Positions 42,749 through 58,228 of a stretch of 64,000 nucleotides of DNA are shown here, one piece after another. Origin of the DNA: Octopus vulgaris (lineage: Eukaryota); assembly GCA_951406725.2 (NCBI GenBank), contig OX597831.1:62806001-62870000 (forward strand), read 5' to 3'. The translations under genes and the position numbers were made by a program. Below the pieces are notes generated by a model, which did not search any database, had not been told where the DNA came from, and saw only the letters and a program-made list of their open reading frames with translations. How positions within the stretch are numbered: position 1 is the first letter of the stretch; each line of letters begins with the position of its first letter.

Positions 42749-43394
42749 TAAATAACCAGAATATTGAAACCTATTAGCTATGACATGTTCATGATAAAAT
42801 GACAATACCTTCAGCAGTTTTATTCTTTTTCTTTTCTTTTTCTTCATACGTATGCTCGGAAAGAGACACCTGAGTAATTTTCATACCTTTCCAAATGACA
42901 TATGAAGAAATAGAAACCGCATCCCGAATCCTGCTTGCTGGCACCTTGCTTTCCTGTACAGCATTCTCTAATCAAATGTGAAAAATATATAGAAAATGTA
43001 AAGGCTGTTTTATTCAATAAAATAAAGCAGGAAAACTTACTAACAAACAAAACCTCAATTGAGATATATTTATTATTGCTTTCTTTATCTTATTTTCGTT
43101 TTACCTTTCATAATGTGAAAAATGTCCAAATAAAAACTGAAGAAAAACCACTTATGAGAAATAGACAGAATGTTCGTTTGTTTGTTTGTATGTTTTACTT
43201 TGTTACTTCGGAATTGAAGATACAAGGAATTAGACTGGACATCTGCTACTTAATTAGTAAAGAATAAGTAGGAAAAAAAAAAAGATGATGGAATGGAAAG
43301 TGAGAAGAAGAAAGAGGAGATAAAACGGAAGAGGAAAGATAAAATCATCAGTGAGTTTGAAAAACTGATTGTAATTTCAAGTTTAAAAAATGTG

Positions 43395-44495
<1,101 letters not shown>

Positions 44496-44999
44496 TTGTA
44501 ATATTTTGGTGTTTGGTGTAATTTATACTTCTGAATTTTTTGCAACTTTTTTTGATGAAATTCCGATGGTAATAGCGATAACAAAGAGAATTTAGTGAGA
44601 CAAAAATTACTTGAAAAATTTTAATTAAAAATCATTAGCATCTTTGACAAATCGTGTAAAGAATGCGAGAGAACTTAGTATTTGAGAAGGGTTTGTGCGT
44701 CAAAATCTCCAAATATATTTTGATCATATAAGAACTCTAGAAAAATAATTGTTATGACATTCAAATCGGATTTTAGAACGATTAAAATTACTCGCTGATT
44801 AGGAACATTTTGATGAACAGAGTTGTTGGCAATTTAAATAAATTGGTGAAATTCCGATGGTAATAGCGATAACAATAATCTGTCAATTTTATGGATCCTA
44901 ACAACTTCACGTATGTGTTTTTTATGTAATGCACCGCTTCTGACTGGTAAACCAAGTTATTATATTTACATTCTGTTATATCATACTACATTAAATTGT

Positions 45000-45670
45000 T
45001 ACCGTATTATAATACTGCCACAAGTTCCAATCCTTCGTCATAGTTCGTGAGGTGGTGGTAACAGTCTGGGATTGCCGATGTAAGAGACTTTCTCCTGCTC
45101 TGGCTATAGAAAGGAAGTTCGCCTTCGGTAATCTGGCAGGGTCACCCAAGACGGGCAGGTTGATGTTGAACCTAGACTGGCAAACAGGGCTCTGTTTACC
45201 TTCATGGGGAGCAGCGTAGCAGGTGTAAAACGTTGGCGGAAGAGCTGTCAACCTAGTCAATGGTGAGGTGCACAATATGGTGAGCATCCAAAACAGATCA
45301 GTAGCAAGGGTCAACCAGTTCAGTCACAGAAATACTGCGATCATCAATAGACGTGTCTCACACTGATAATTATACTGAGCTGTCAAAAGACTCGTCATAA
45401 CTATAGATCATTCCAGAAACACATATTTGGATCTCCGGCTTCGACTAGAGACTCTGGTGCAGTGCTCAACTAATCAACGGTTATATGAGAATGTAGCAAC
45501 CTTCTCATCAACCATCCAAGAGGGGAGATTGAGGTTTACTGGTCACTGCTGGAGAAGTAAGGAAGAATGTGAGTAATGTATTATTATAGACACCAAATCG
45601 TAGTACCACAGCGGCTGGAAGACCACAGAAGACGTATATACATCCGCTTGCGGAAGATGTTGGAAACCAA
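45000..45670 (+). pseudogene. RTE-clade LINE relic (probable 5' region joined to ORF C-terminus)
   Basis: TNQRLY...IQEGRLRFTGHCWRSKEE..VLL*TP...GRPQKTYI..LAEDVG is the RTE C-terminal signature. Confidence 0.75.
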
Positions 45671-47568
45671 GAACAAAACAATGCTTTCAGATCTTAGTTC
45701 ATTTACAGTAAAGACACGTTACAACAACATGTAAAACGCAAACAACAACGACTAAATCAGCAATCATGTCACGACAATCATTGCGCAAATATGTCAAAAC
45801 TCCAACAGGAAATTAATGTTTATATTAAAAGGAAATGAAGTATAAATAGCCTTGAGTATAATATTCAGATGCCTGTCTAAAACATCTAGTCTTTGAAAGT
45901 ATTTCAACATTCATCAATCAGTCTTACTCATACTAACCCTGATGAACTTACAGAATATGGAACCCGGACAAAATCATCAAAACGTTGTACCATAAACAAA
46001 ACGATTTAGGGTCGTACAGCATAGAGCACCATTACATTTATACATAACCATTATATATAAGTTATTTCTAGAAGGATTGACTTATATATAATGTCAATTA
46101 TATATAAGTAAATCTAGAAGGACGTACTTCTGATAAACCAAACCCACATATTTCCCTTTTTTTAACTGACGAATAACTCATAACTCTAGCATCTATAATA
46201 GAAGGTAATGACGACGCTTATACGTCGCTGATTGACCTACTACTACTAGCAGTTAAATTTCTCTTTACTTACATCATAATCACTTTGAAAAAGGAAGTTA
46301 TATTAGACACTGGAAATAAGAATTAAAATAAGAATTAAACCCTTCTTCCGGGCATTGCATATTTTGCTTTCCATTTCTTGGTCGCGGTGTCATGATCTCA
46401 AAAATAAACATCTGATATTTTCCCTATTTATTTGATTCCTACATTCTCTTCCTTCCCACTTATTCGCAAAAATATAGACTGAGCCTGTTAACGTAGATGA
46501 TATTACACTCATAACCATACAGCTATTCTCAAGAATGCTAATTCTAAATTAGCATACTTACTACATACAATGTATTCCTTTATTCCTAAAACAACAATGA
46601 ACGAATACAAGAATTGGAGCGCCATGAAATACATCCACGTACTTCGCATCGTACATACAGCGCATAGTACTCTGCTTCATGCAGTAACTACGTAACTACG
46701 TATGTTAATCGGTTGTAGATGATATGTTCCATATTTTCTAGGTGTAAAGATACACGGAGCTTAATAGTTGCGTCTACTTTATGCAAGTCATTTTGATCTG
46801 TTTCAGTTAAATATTGAGCGTTCTTGATAATATTCCTTCTGCATCGATTCTGGCTTTCATCTCTTCAGAACTGTTAATATAAATACAGTCATATAACCAT
46901 ATAATTGATTACTCCTGTTTTGTCCATCCATATTAGTGTCAGTAATGTAAGAATTATTAGAGCTAGCTTAGAAGCTTTTGCAGAACATAGTTACAACAAA
47001 TTACGCTATAGATCCAAACGTTGCTGAGTTCGACGTTGTATTTCAACCTTCAGAAATCTATGAAATGAATACTAGCTAATCACTGGAGTTGATGTAATCT
47101 GCTCAAAATCTCGAATCGATTTGCTCTAAGAGTTCCCAAAATATAGGGTAGTGTCCTAATGCCAGATATCATTTTTATTCTATTCTTCTTTTTTTCTTTC
47201 AAAGAAGTGTAATTTTAGATTTCATTGCATGGGTTTTACAACAGTTAGGTTTCAGTTTCATGGCATGATGGACAGACTGACAGGAAAGACAGAATAAATA
47301 GAAGGGAAAAGGAAATGCAGCTGTCATTTGTCTGAAACAAACAACTGTCTTAATACAAATATATTTCAACATTTAAGAATAAATAAAAATACAGAATATA
47401 AAATACACAACAAAATTTTTTTTTCCTATTATTAAATCTAATTTGAGTTACATTCCCATTTGAAATAATTAAGAGAATTTAGAATTTTTTGTTTTTTTGT
47501 TTTTATATGTGTGACTTTTCTTCAAACTACGATCAGGATATTATGATGGCAAACATGTAAATCAGCAA

Positions 47569-47720
47569 GGTGGCGAGCTGGCAGAATCGCTAGCACGTCG
47601 ATCAAAACGTTTAGCTACATTTCATCCGTCCTTACGTTCTGAGCTCAAATTCCACCGAGTTTGCATTTCATCTTCACCGGGTCCAATAAATCAAGCAACA
47701 GTCGAGCACGTGGGTCAAAT
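47569..47720 (+). mobile_element. Family-C SINE (degenerate)
   Basis: ggtggcgagctggcagaatcgctagcacg..acgttctgagctcaaattcc. Confidence 0.75.
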
Positions 47721-48014
47721 CAATGATATAAATCAAGCAAATAATCACAAAACAAATCCAGTATTTATAGCTTCTGTTTGTTGAATTCCATTTTTGACTT
47801 GAGTACTTTTATTAACAAAATATTACTGCGTTATTGAGACGGGTGAGCATTTACGATGATATATTAACAAGCAGCATTAGTTGTCCTGTAAGAAAGATCA
47901 TGTGATTACCTCGACACATTGATATATTTACCGCCACACAATCTTCGTTATCATTCGTACGTCTACGCACATACATATATTATATATATAATAATACAAA
48001 TATATGTGACGTAA

Positions 48015-48405
48015 ATCATATTCCAAACAAAGAAACCATATTAGTCAACTTTGATGTAGTCAGCCTCTACACCAATACCCCTCATAACATAGGACGAGAA
48101 GCAGTAGAGCTCTGGATACACAAACAGCCACAAGGAATCCAATAAGGATTCTCCAAGGAGTTCATACTTGGATGGGTACAGTTAGTACTAGAAAATAACT
48201 ACTTCTTTTTTGACAATCAATACTACCTACAAATACGTACATGGGGCTGCGATGGGTACCAGGGTAGCACCTACACTTGCCACACTAGTAATGGGTTATT
48301 TGGAAGAAAACATCTACTGCTTATCTCAGATTCCTTTTGGCCAAAACTTTCACTCACACCTGGTGGGAAACTGGAAAGGATACTTGTATGACTGCTTTAT
48401 ATACA
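48015..48405 (+). pseudogene. Penelope-like reverse transcriptase fragment (YIDD/YLDD type)
   Basis: FDVVSLYTN.P, LVLENNYFFFDNQYYLQ, GAAMGTRVAPTLATLVMGYLEE, WKGYLYDCF. Confidence 0.88.
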
Positions 48406-49975
48406 GTGAAAACATTATGTATACTCTAAAGCTCTTCGTAGTGAAAATATTTCATAACTCAGAAAATATTTGACCGAAACGTTTCTGAAGATTTTCTAAA
48501 ATATACCAACGAAAAATAACCGTCTATACTAAGAAAGGTATTTCACTGTTAATATTGACAGTACACCAATATTTTACGTACATAAATTTTACGAAGACTG
48601 AAAAACCGACACAAAGCTAAATTTGAGTGTTGTATCAGTTGAATATACAGAAATTATTTGTTCCAATAACTCCGTCTTGAGTCTGTTTTTCCCCCTCGAA
48701 ACGTAAAGTAACTAGATATTTAGGGGTTACAATTTATAACTCTGTTAGATATGTCGAAATATACATGCATACTGACACATACATATTCACATTTGTATAT
48801 TTCTAATATCCGTGAATGTTAAGTTAGTTTGATTTATAGTATAGGCTATTATTGTTTTCTAGTCTTCTTTTGAGCATGCATTGTAACTGAATTTTTTTTA
48901 AATATTTAAAAATATATTCATAAAAGTATCTCTTCTGTTAAGGCGAATAATTCATTGATATAAACTGTGACTTAAAACACATTACGTGTGATATAAATAT
49001 TGCTAGATATTGCATAATTTGAAGTTTATAAGAACCAGAAAACGTAAGTACTATTAAAATAAATTTGTCGACAGGGTATACTAAAAGTTATTTAGCATAA
49101 ATATTATAGTAAAGGATCAAAGTTAAAACGATTCAATATTTTAGTATTGTATCATCTGAATATACCTGAATACTATTTTTGTTATCTATTTGTTTAAAAG
49201 AATGATATATGATTGTATACATTTTTGTTAAATATTCTTTCGTTCATGTCTATGTAACTTGTTTCAACAACGTTGGGTTATATAAAGGCGTCCTCTGAAT
49301 CATATATTATTTTTGTTTCTACTTTGGTAGAGTTGTCTAGTGAACACGTATTCGGTTAATTGCTTGATCGTTTACCTTCATTTTTTTACGTGTGTTAATA
49401 TGATTTTTTAGAAATTTTATTTTATCTATTTAGTTTTTGTTCTTGTGCAACTATAGCTACTTTCAATTGAGTGTCTATTAAAACGCCTTCTATATGTATA
49501 TTCCAGAGTGATATCGCTGAGAAAAAATGTCTTAGAAAATCTCTTGCTATTCAATATTATATATTCAGTGAAAGGTGTGTGATTCATATAATATTCCTGC
49601 GCTTCCTCTATATTTGAGTGGGCGGGCGTCGTGGATGGAACTGCGATAGCTATTTTCACTTTGAATCTCCTAGCTAATAAGGAATGCTGTTTTGCCACAA
49701 ATTCTTATATTCAAGGAGAGTTTGAGAAGGAATCTCCTAGCATCGGAAATGAGGTTCTTACATGCAAAGTAGTGTGAAGTGATCCTACGTTAAAATAAGA
49801 ATTATTTCATTTGGCTTCTTCAAAATTTTGTGGTCTATTCTCAAGAAAATCAAGAGTGTATAGTTTAGAAGATCTATTTACTTAAAACGGAAAGTGATCT
49901 TTACGGATTTTAGATGAAGTTCAACCATTATTCCTGTATATGGAAACATCTATGATAATATATTTCTTAGCAATA

Positions 49976-50185
49976 AGGCAGCGTCGTTAGCACGCCGGCA
50001 AAAGTATTTAGCGTTGTTTCGACCGTCTTTACGTTCTGAATTTAAATACTATCAAGGTCGACTTTACATTTTGTCCTATCGTGCTTCATAAACCAAATAC
50101 CGGTTGAACATTGGGTCGATGTAATCGAGTTATCTTCTCCAACGAAATTGTTAGCCTTGCGCCGAAAGTTTGAAACCATTATATT
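49976..50185 (+). mobile_element. Family-C SINE (degenerate)
   Basis: cgttagcacgccgg..acgttctgaatt..aggtcgacttt..gggtcgatgtaatcga. Confidence 0.75.
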
Positions 50186-50302
50186 TCTGAGCAAGGAAAT
50201 TTTGTTTCTATAATCAAACGACAAAATATATGCGAATTGTTATGTATAAGTGAAAGATATTGCGCACTGTGATACATAACTTTAGGTAGTTTTCTATATA
50301 TA

Positions 50303-50527
50303 TATTTCTTTATTGCCCACAAGGGGCTAAAGATAGAGGGGACAAACAAGGACAGACGGACAGATTAAGTCGATTGCATCGACCCCAGTGCGTAACTGGT
50401 ACTTAATTTATCGACCCCCCCGAAAGGATGAAAGGCAAAGTCGACCTCGGCGGAATTTGAACTCAAACGTAACGGCAGACGAAATACGGCTACGCATTCT
50501 GCTAACGTTTCTGCCAGGTCGCCGCCT
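50303..50527 (-). mobile_element. Family-C SINE
   Basis: Close match to the 184-bp unit and head. Confidence 0.88.
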
Positions 50528-51256
50528 TTGTTTTCTATCTATAAGCGACAGCAATTCGCGGAGCAGTCAGTATATTGATGATTGTTCACATTCATTTACA
50601 AATAGCTTAACAAAAAAGGTTAACAATTCTACTACTATAAAGATCGCAACGTTCACTAAATCAACCAGTAAGCACGACATAGAATCATCACACTTTGCAC
50701 ATTCAATGATTTCATGTAATATTTTGTCATTAAAACCAGTACGGCAAACCGAAGCAGCGCGCTTTTTTCCAGCCTTTCAAGCATGAGCAGTTGCACACAA
50801 TGTTTCACTTGGCCAGAAAGTAACATTTGAAACGCCTATTGTAAAATTCCTGAAAGACCACTCTTCAACCGGAATAGCTCAAGTTCTGAATATTGGATCA
50901 AACAATGAATATCATCAGATTCCATACAACGATATAACAAGGAGAAAGCAAGGAAGTAATAGGAACGGTTAATAACTGGGAATTCGGTTAAATTGGATAT
51001 GAGCAGACTGAAGTAGAATTCCACAATAGCATGGAAGGGCTCTCAAATTATTTTATTTGTTAGCTGATGTTTCTCCTGTTTCTATTCAAATGCTCATAAT
51101 GTCAATGCCTTAAAGAGGTGTTACAGTTAAAGCAAATACCGGTGAAATATGTAACAGTATGTATGCGTTCATACCCACTCACATACACATAAGCTTAGAA
51201 ACTGATATGTAGAGGCACATGTACATACATAGATACATACATACATACATACATAT

Positions 51257-51288
<32 letters not shown>

Positions 51289-51289
51289 G

Positions 51290-51470
51290 TAGCCCAGTCT
51301 ACGGAGTGGTTGGTATAGGATGGGCATCCAGCCGCGAAAAGCATGCCAAAACAGACTCAGAAGCATGGCGCAGGATCCCGCCTGGCCAGCTCTTTACAAA
51401 CCATTCAATGTATGCCAACATGGAAGGAAAATATTAAACGATGATGATGATCATGAGGAGGAGGAGGAGG

Positions 51471-51516
<46 letters not shown>

Positions 51517-51594
51517 CGAGGAGGAGGAGGAGGAGGACAAGGAGGAGGAGGAGGAGGATCGAAGACGATGATGATGATGAGGATGATGATATTA

Positions 51595-51648
<54 letters not shown>

Positions 51649-51700
51649 GTGATGATGGTGATGATGATGGTGATGATGATGATGAGGAGGAGGAGGATAT
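51290..51700 (+). repeat. SINE/LINE-type 3' tail ending in taaacgatgatgat, expanded into a (GAT)n/(GAG)n microsatellite
   Basis: ggatgggcatccagccg...catggaa..ttaaacgatgatg; the poly-D/E/M ORFs are repeat artefacts. Confidence 0.7.
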
Positions 51701-52580
51701 ATCGGTGCAAGAAAATATTTAACACACACTCGGTGAAATTTTCATATAGCTGCTTCCACAATATGGAGAGCATTATTACACGAGAACACGAAAAGCCCAC
51801 TCCTATTTGTAAATGTCGAGACCCACGAACCTGTCTACTCGGCAAGGATGTACGATTAAATTCGTCATATATGAGGTAGAAGTTACTGCAACGCTAGATG
51901 ATAACACAAACGATAAGAAGAGCTCCATCGGACTATGTGAAGGCCACTTCAAAAATCGCTATGCTAAACACATACCTTCCTTCTGACAAGGGTCAAAATT
52001 AATGCTAGTAATGCAAAAACCACAAACTATAAAGTGGAAACTAGTCGAAAGATTTACACCATATATTACCGGATCAAAAGAAGTTAAGTTATGCATAGCT
52101 GAAAGAACTCAAATATTTTTTCAGATCTAAGAACTCTAACACACAGCTGAATTTCCGATCCGAAATTTTCAGAGGTTGTATGAATATGACCAAGCTCTTG
52201 TTGACGAATTCGAAAGTACCACTTTCTCCGGATAGAACAGCTGTACTGCAGACTCTAGGCCATTATATTTTCCCCCTTGTCTTTTACGGTGATAGGGGAA
52301 ATAACTCTAATCCAACCCCACCCCGCCTTTTGTTTTTTTCTGTTTCCGTTAGCGTTTTCAGGTTTTTCAACTTAACACCTTTTATATCTACTACTTTCTT
52401 GCACTTTATTGGCTTTTTTCATCCTATCGTCTTATTTTTAGCTTGTTATACAATGAGCGCAGTGCCTGACGATTGCGTTGAGACACGAGATTTGCTAAAA
52501 AAAAACTGTGTGCTATGCTTTCATCACATAAAACAAATATTAACACATAACAATACATATAATGTTTATTAAATAACTAT
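51700..52580 (+). pseudogene. Penelope-like GIY-YIG endonuclease remnant plus 3' UTR with decayed HHR (about 52458-52512)
   Basis: KIFNTHSVKFSYSCFHNM..CKCR...C, VIYEVEV, IGLCEGHFKNRYAKH..SF, KWK.....PY..GSK...LC.AE, LNFRSEI; then cgcagtgc-CTGACGA..cac-GAGA..actgtg. Confidence 0.85.
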
Positions 52581-52589
52581 ATATATAAC

Positions 52590-52745
52590 GGGAAAGTTTA
52601 CGAAATAAACAAAAGAAGAAGGCAGGTGGAATACAAACAAACAATTGTATTAGTATAGCGCTCAGGAATAGAAATAGAAAAAGTCTATTACGTTTCGAGC
52701 CTACGCTCTTCGACAGAAAGATACACAGAAAAAAACAAGGAGAGA
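52590..52745 (-). mobile_element. Short PLE-like 3'-end element with variant hammerhead-like core (52684-52721)
   Basis: tcttt-CTGTCGAA-gagc gtag gctc-GAAA-cg-TA^ataga; homologous to 20918-21060. Confidence 0.6.
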
Positions 52746-52752
52746 AACAAGG

Positions 52753-52783
<31 letters not shown>

Positions 52784-52842
52784 GAGACAGAGAGAAATAT
52801 CATTATTTCTAATTCTCTCTAAAGGAGACTATGGCAGAGATA

Positions 52843-52950
52843 CTGAGGTGTACAAGCTTTTGAAAGCTGATGTGTACAAACTTCTGAAAGCAGAGGTGTA
52901 CTGAAAGCTGAGTTTTACAAACGTCTGAAAACTTAGGTATACGAACTTCG
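52843..52950. repeat. Degenerate minisatellite of about 24 bp (tgaaagctgaggtgtacaaacttc)
   Basis: About 4.5 imperfect units visible. Confidence 0.75.
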
Positions 52951-54668
52951 ACCAAAAACCATTACCGAATTGATGGCTTGTATGCCCCAAACAATTGTAG
53001 AAATATCATCGAAAAAGACGGCAATAGTGCATCATGATAGATGAAAGGCAATACTTTGGTGATGTCATCCTTAGAACCAAATGAAACCAACTGTATCCAC
53101 GGTAACGTCAGCTATATACTTTAATCAATTTTAGCAAATATTTATCTTCGCCATTTTAGCAAATATTTATCTTCGCCTTTTTGTAAACTTAGAAAATGTT
53201 GAATGGTTTCGCCGAACACTGTATATAAGGTTGTAAAACATATCATTTTAATCAGTTCTGGCGCGAAGGCGAAAATACTGGAAATATTATAAACTGATTG
53301 TTTGTATACCTAAAGGAAACATATTCTAGATATTTAGATATTCTTAAGATTATTTCATAATTCATACTCATTGTCGATGTTTTTACATGGAGTCTGTTTT
53401 TTTTATGATTTGATTAACGTTTAGTAATGTGTATGAATTGGTTAATATAACTACATTTTTTATATTTGCTCTTTGAGAAATGTATATAATAAGAATGTAA
53501 ATCAGTGAAGACATTCAAATGATATAAATATTAATATTGAAATCCTTATGTGAATATATGTTTGATGGATAAATAATTTAATATAACGTATATGCAAGTA
53601 GTATCAACTATACATTACCAGTCAGACCTATGTGCAATGGGCCAAACTTTCAATTTGTTATATATAACTGATATGCAGAGAACAGTTACGGAAAAGAATA
53701 TAAAAGAATTTTAGATGAAGAATTACACTCATGGGATAAATAACAAACAATATGCGCCAAATTGACGAGAAAATGTTTTGGATACATTCACAAATATATA
53801 CAATTCAATTTATGAAATTATGATCTCGTACTTCTACTTAGAAGTTAAGCAAAACATTCTCTATCGAACATTTGCTGTCCATGTAAATATCTGAGTCTGG
53901 TAAATTGTTGATTATTTAATTCATACTTTTCTGTCCAAATGTATTTTAAGTGATAACTCACCATCGAAATATTATGCTGGAGAAGCTGTAAGTACATTTC
54001 TAGGAAAATTTAATTAGCATCAACATTCAAAATTCTTGGAATATATTTGGTCAATTGTTTATTAAAATGGATATATCAAATGTGCGAAAGAACGGAAGGC
54101 CTTTAAAATTTGAACACATTGCATATCAAACGTCATAAACACATTAACGACAATACTGAAATTTACATCTCAGAAAAAATATTATATATGATTACATTAC
54201 AAATGTTCCAGCTTACCAAAACTTCAAGATTGATGTTATTCTGGCATCATAAATCAAAATATTTCTTAACATATTTTCAGATACATAACAGCTGAAAAGA
54301 ATAAAGAAAAGTAATATACCTATTGATGTTGTGCAAAAATTAAATTATTTGTTAGGGTGTTTTATCGTTATATATACCAAATACACATGCGAGAGAATAA
54401 CCGATATATTCTAAAATAATTTTGATACTGCATGAAACAGTGTTCTGTTCTTAACGTGTCTTTGCAAAAAATTTATGACTTAAGCTGTAAATAAATTCAA
54501 ATTTGTACTGTTTACTAAATTAATTGTTTGTAATGATAGTTAAAGCGAAAAAGTAGTTGCTGTGATTTATGAAATTTCAACTTAAATTATAATATAATCT
54601 ACACTACATTTTTGAAATATTTATTTTCGTCTATTTTTAGCTCTTGTTTGCTTACTTTTCTGCGAGGT

Positions 54669-54714
<46 letters not shown>

Positions 54715-54934
54715 AATTTGAGAAAAGAAAATAACAATGGAGACATACAAGGAGACCTAACAAAAACAGAGAAGGAAAATCGTTAGACCGGAACGAAAGT
54801 AGAATAGTAAACGCTGGGAGTGAATGCTCGAAATGAGAAGTAGATACACAATCGACAACTGACGAAGGGTCCTTTTTCTGTGTTAACTTGTCCGGTTTTC
54901 GCGTATTTTACTGGGTTTGTTATAATTTCAACAA

Positions 54935-55556
54935 TTTGCATACTGAACACTTGGTGAAATTGATTAATAATTAATTAATTTTACCCTCAATTGTTGAAAT
55001 TATAATTAATCTCCCTCTAATTAATGCTTCGGATTTTACCGAAATAAGCATAGTGTTTGCTGATTTTAACCCACGCTGGTGGAAAGGGGAGAACAGAAAT
55101 TCTTCGCTTGCATATTTGAGTTTGTTGGCACTGTTAGTTACGAGCAGATCTTCGAAAGCGATGAGAAGCCGAAAGGGTATGCTCTCACTTTCAGTGTTTT
55201 CAAATCCAAACCAAGGAGTTTCTGAGCTGATGATAGAAGTGTCGTGTTGACTAATCTTGAAACGTACGTTCTCAAATAACCTTTGCATTTGATTTTTTGA
55301 TGTCTTTACCCCCAAACTTTCGTGAGTTGAGTTGAGCAAACACTATATGAGAGAGGTTTTCTTTAAGTATTAGAAATAGTTTTAAAAAGTTTTTTAGCTG
55401 CTATTTCTAATGAGTTCAGTATGCGGCAAAGTAATTTATTTTACTAAGCCCTTTTATATAATGTAATAATTTGAATTCGCCTTAAATGGTCCCTTTGCAT
55501 ACTGAACACTTGGTGAAATTGATTAATAATTAATTAATTTTACCCTCAATTGTTGA
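54935..55556 (+). mobile_element. Retrozyme/pLTR-like element with 63-bp terminal direct repeat (559-bp period)
   Basis: tttgcatactgaacac...accctcaattgttga at 54935-54997 and 55494-55556; (TA)n follows. Confidence 0.82.
55223..55274 (+). ncRNA. Type I hammerhead ribozyme motif
   Basis: tgag-CTGATGA-t aga..gtc gtgtt gac..tct t-GAAA-cgtacg-TT^ctca. Confidence 0.82.
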
Positions 55557-55636
55557 TATTATATATATTATATATATTATATATATATATATTATATATA
55601 TTATATATATTATATATATATATATTATATATATTA

Positions 55637-55681
<45 letters not shown>

Positions 55682-55759
55682 TATATATTATATATATTAT
55701 ATATATATTATATATATATATCATATATATATATATATATTATATATATATTATATATA

Positions 55760-55988
55760 TACTCTTTTACTCTTTACTCTTTTACTTGTTTCAGTCATTT
55801 GACTGCGGCCATGCTGGAGCACCGCCTTTAGTCAAGCAAATCGACCTCGGGACTTATTCTTTGTAAGCCCAGTACTTATTCTATCGGTCTCTTTTTGCCG
55901 AACCGCTAAGTGACGGGGACGTAAACATACCAGCATCGGTTGTCAAGCAATGCTAGGGGGACAAACACAGACACACAAACACACATAC

Positions 55989-56046
<58 letters not shown>

Positions 56047-56201
56047 GACAGGCTTCTTTCAGTTTCCGTCTACCAAATCCACTCACAAGGCATTGGTCGG
56101 CCCGGGGCTATAGCAGAAGACACTTGCCCAAGATGCCACGCAGTGGGACGGGACCCGGAACCATGAGGTTGGTTAGCAAGCTACTTACCACACAGCCACT
56201 C

Positions 56202-56203
<2 letters not shown>
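55760..56203 (-). mobile_element. SINE family B
   Basis: Full copy within (TA)n. Confidence 0.92.
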
Positions 56204-56259
<56 letters not shown>

Positions 56260-56269
56260 TATATATACA

Positions 56270-56350
<81 letters not shown>

Positions 56351-56469
56351 ATATATATATATATATACATATATATATTATATATATATATATATTATAG
56401 ATATATATATATATACCTGTATATATATATATTATATATATTATATATATATATATATTATATATATAC

Positions 56470-57948
<1,479 letters not shown>

Positions 57949-57976
57949 TATATATATTATAAATATATATATATAT

Positions 57977-58029
<53 letters not shown>

Positions 58030-58039
58030 CATGTATATA

Positions 58040-58228
58040 TCTTTATATATAAAAGTCAAGTTGTGTGTCTGTCTCCTACGATTTAGATTCCTAACTACTC
58101 CCACATTTTGCGATCATTTTATTTCCATTTTTAATGCATTTTTTTGCTATTTTTTGGCTATAACTCTCTTAAATGCTTATATAGTTTTTTCCCTTACAAA
58201 CCCGAGCAACGCCGGGTGATACTGCTAG
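58040..58228 (+). mobile_element. Mini non-autonomous Helitron (189 bp)
   Basis: A|TCtttatatataaaag ... cccgagcaacgccggg hairpin ... CTAG|T, no TSD. Confidence 0.8.

Noticed and set aside
42060-42750. CRISPR-like regular array
   Set aside because: Units are near-identical 184-bp SINE bodies with no unique spacers; eukaryotic context.
45935-46015. CTGATGA after a possible PLE endonuclease trace
   Set aside because: No GAAA and no convincing stem I; too decayed to call.
54826-54872. GAAA...CTGACGA type II-like hammerhead
   Set aside because: Stem III is only 2 bp and stem I is not adjacent to the core.
54971-55339. 122-aa minus-strand ORF
   Set aside because: No recognisable motif; antisense to an HHR element; non-ATG start.
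55401-55535. CTAATGA...GAAA as a second hammerhead
   Set aside because: CTAATGA is part of a plain long stem and GAAA is not adjacent to the helix; the real HHR is at 55223.
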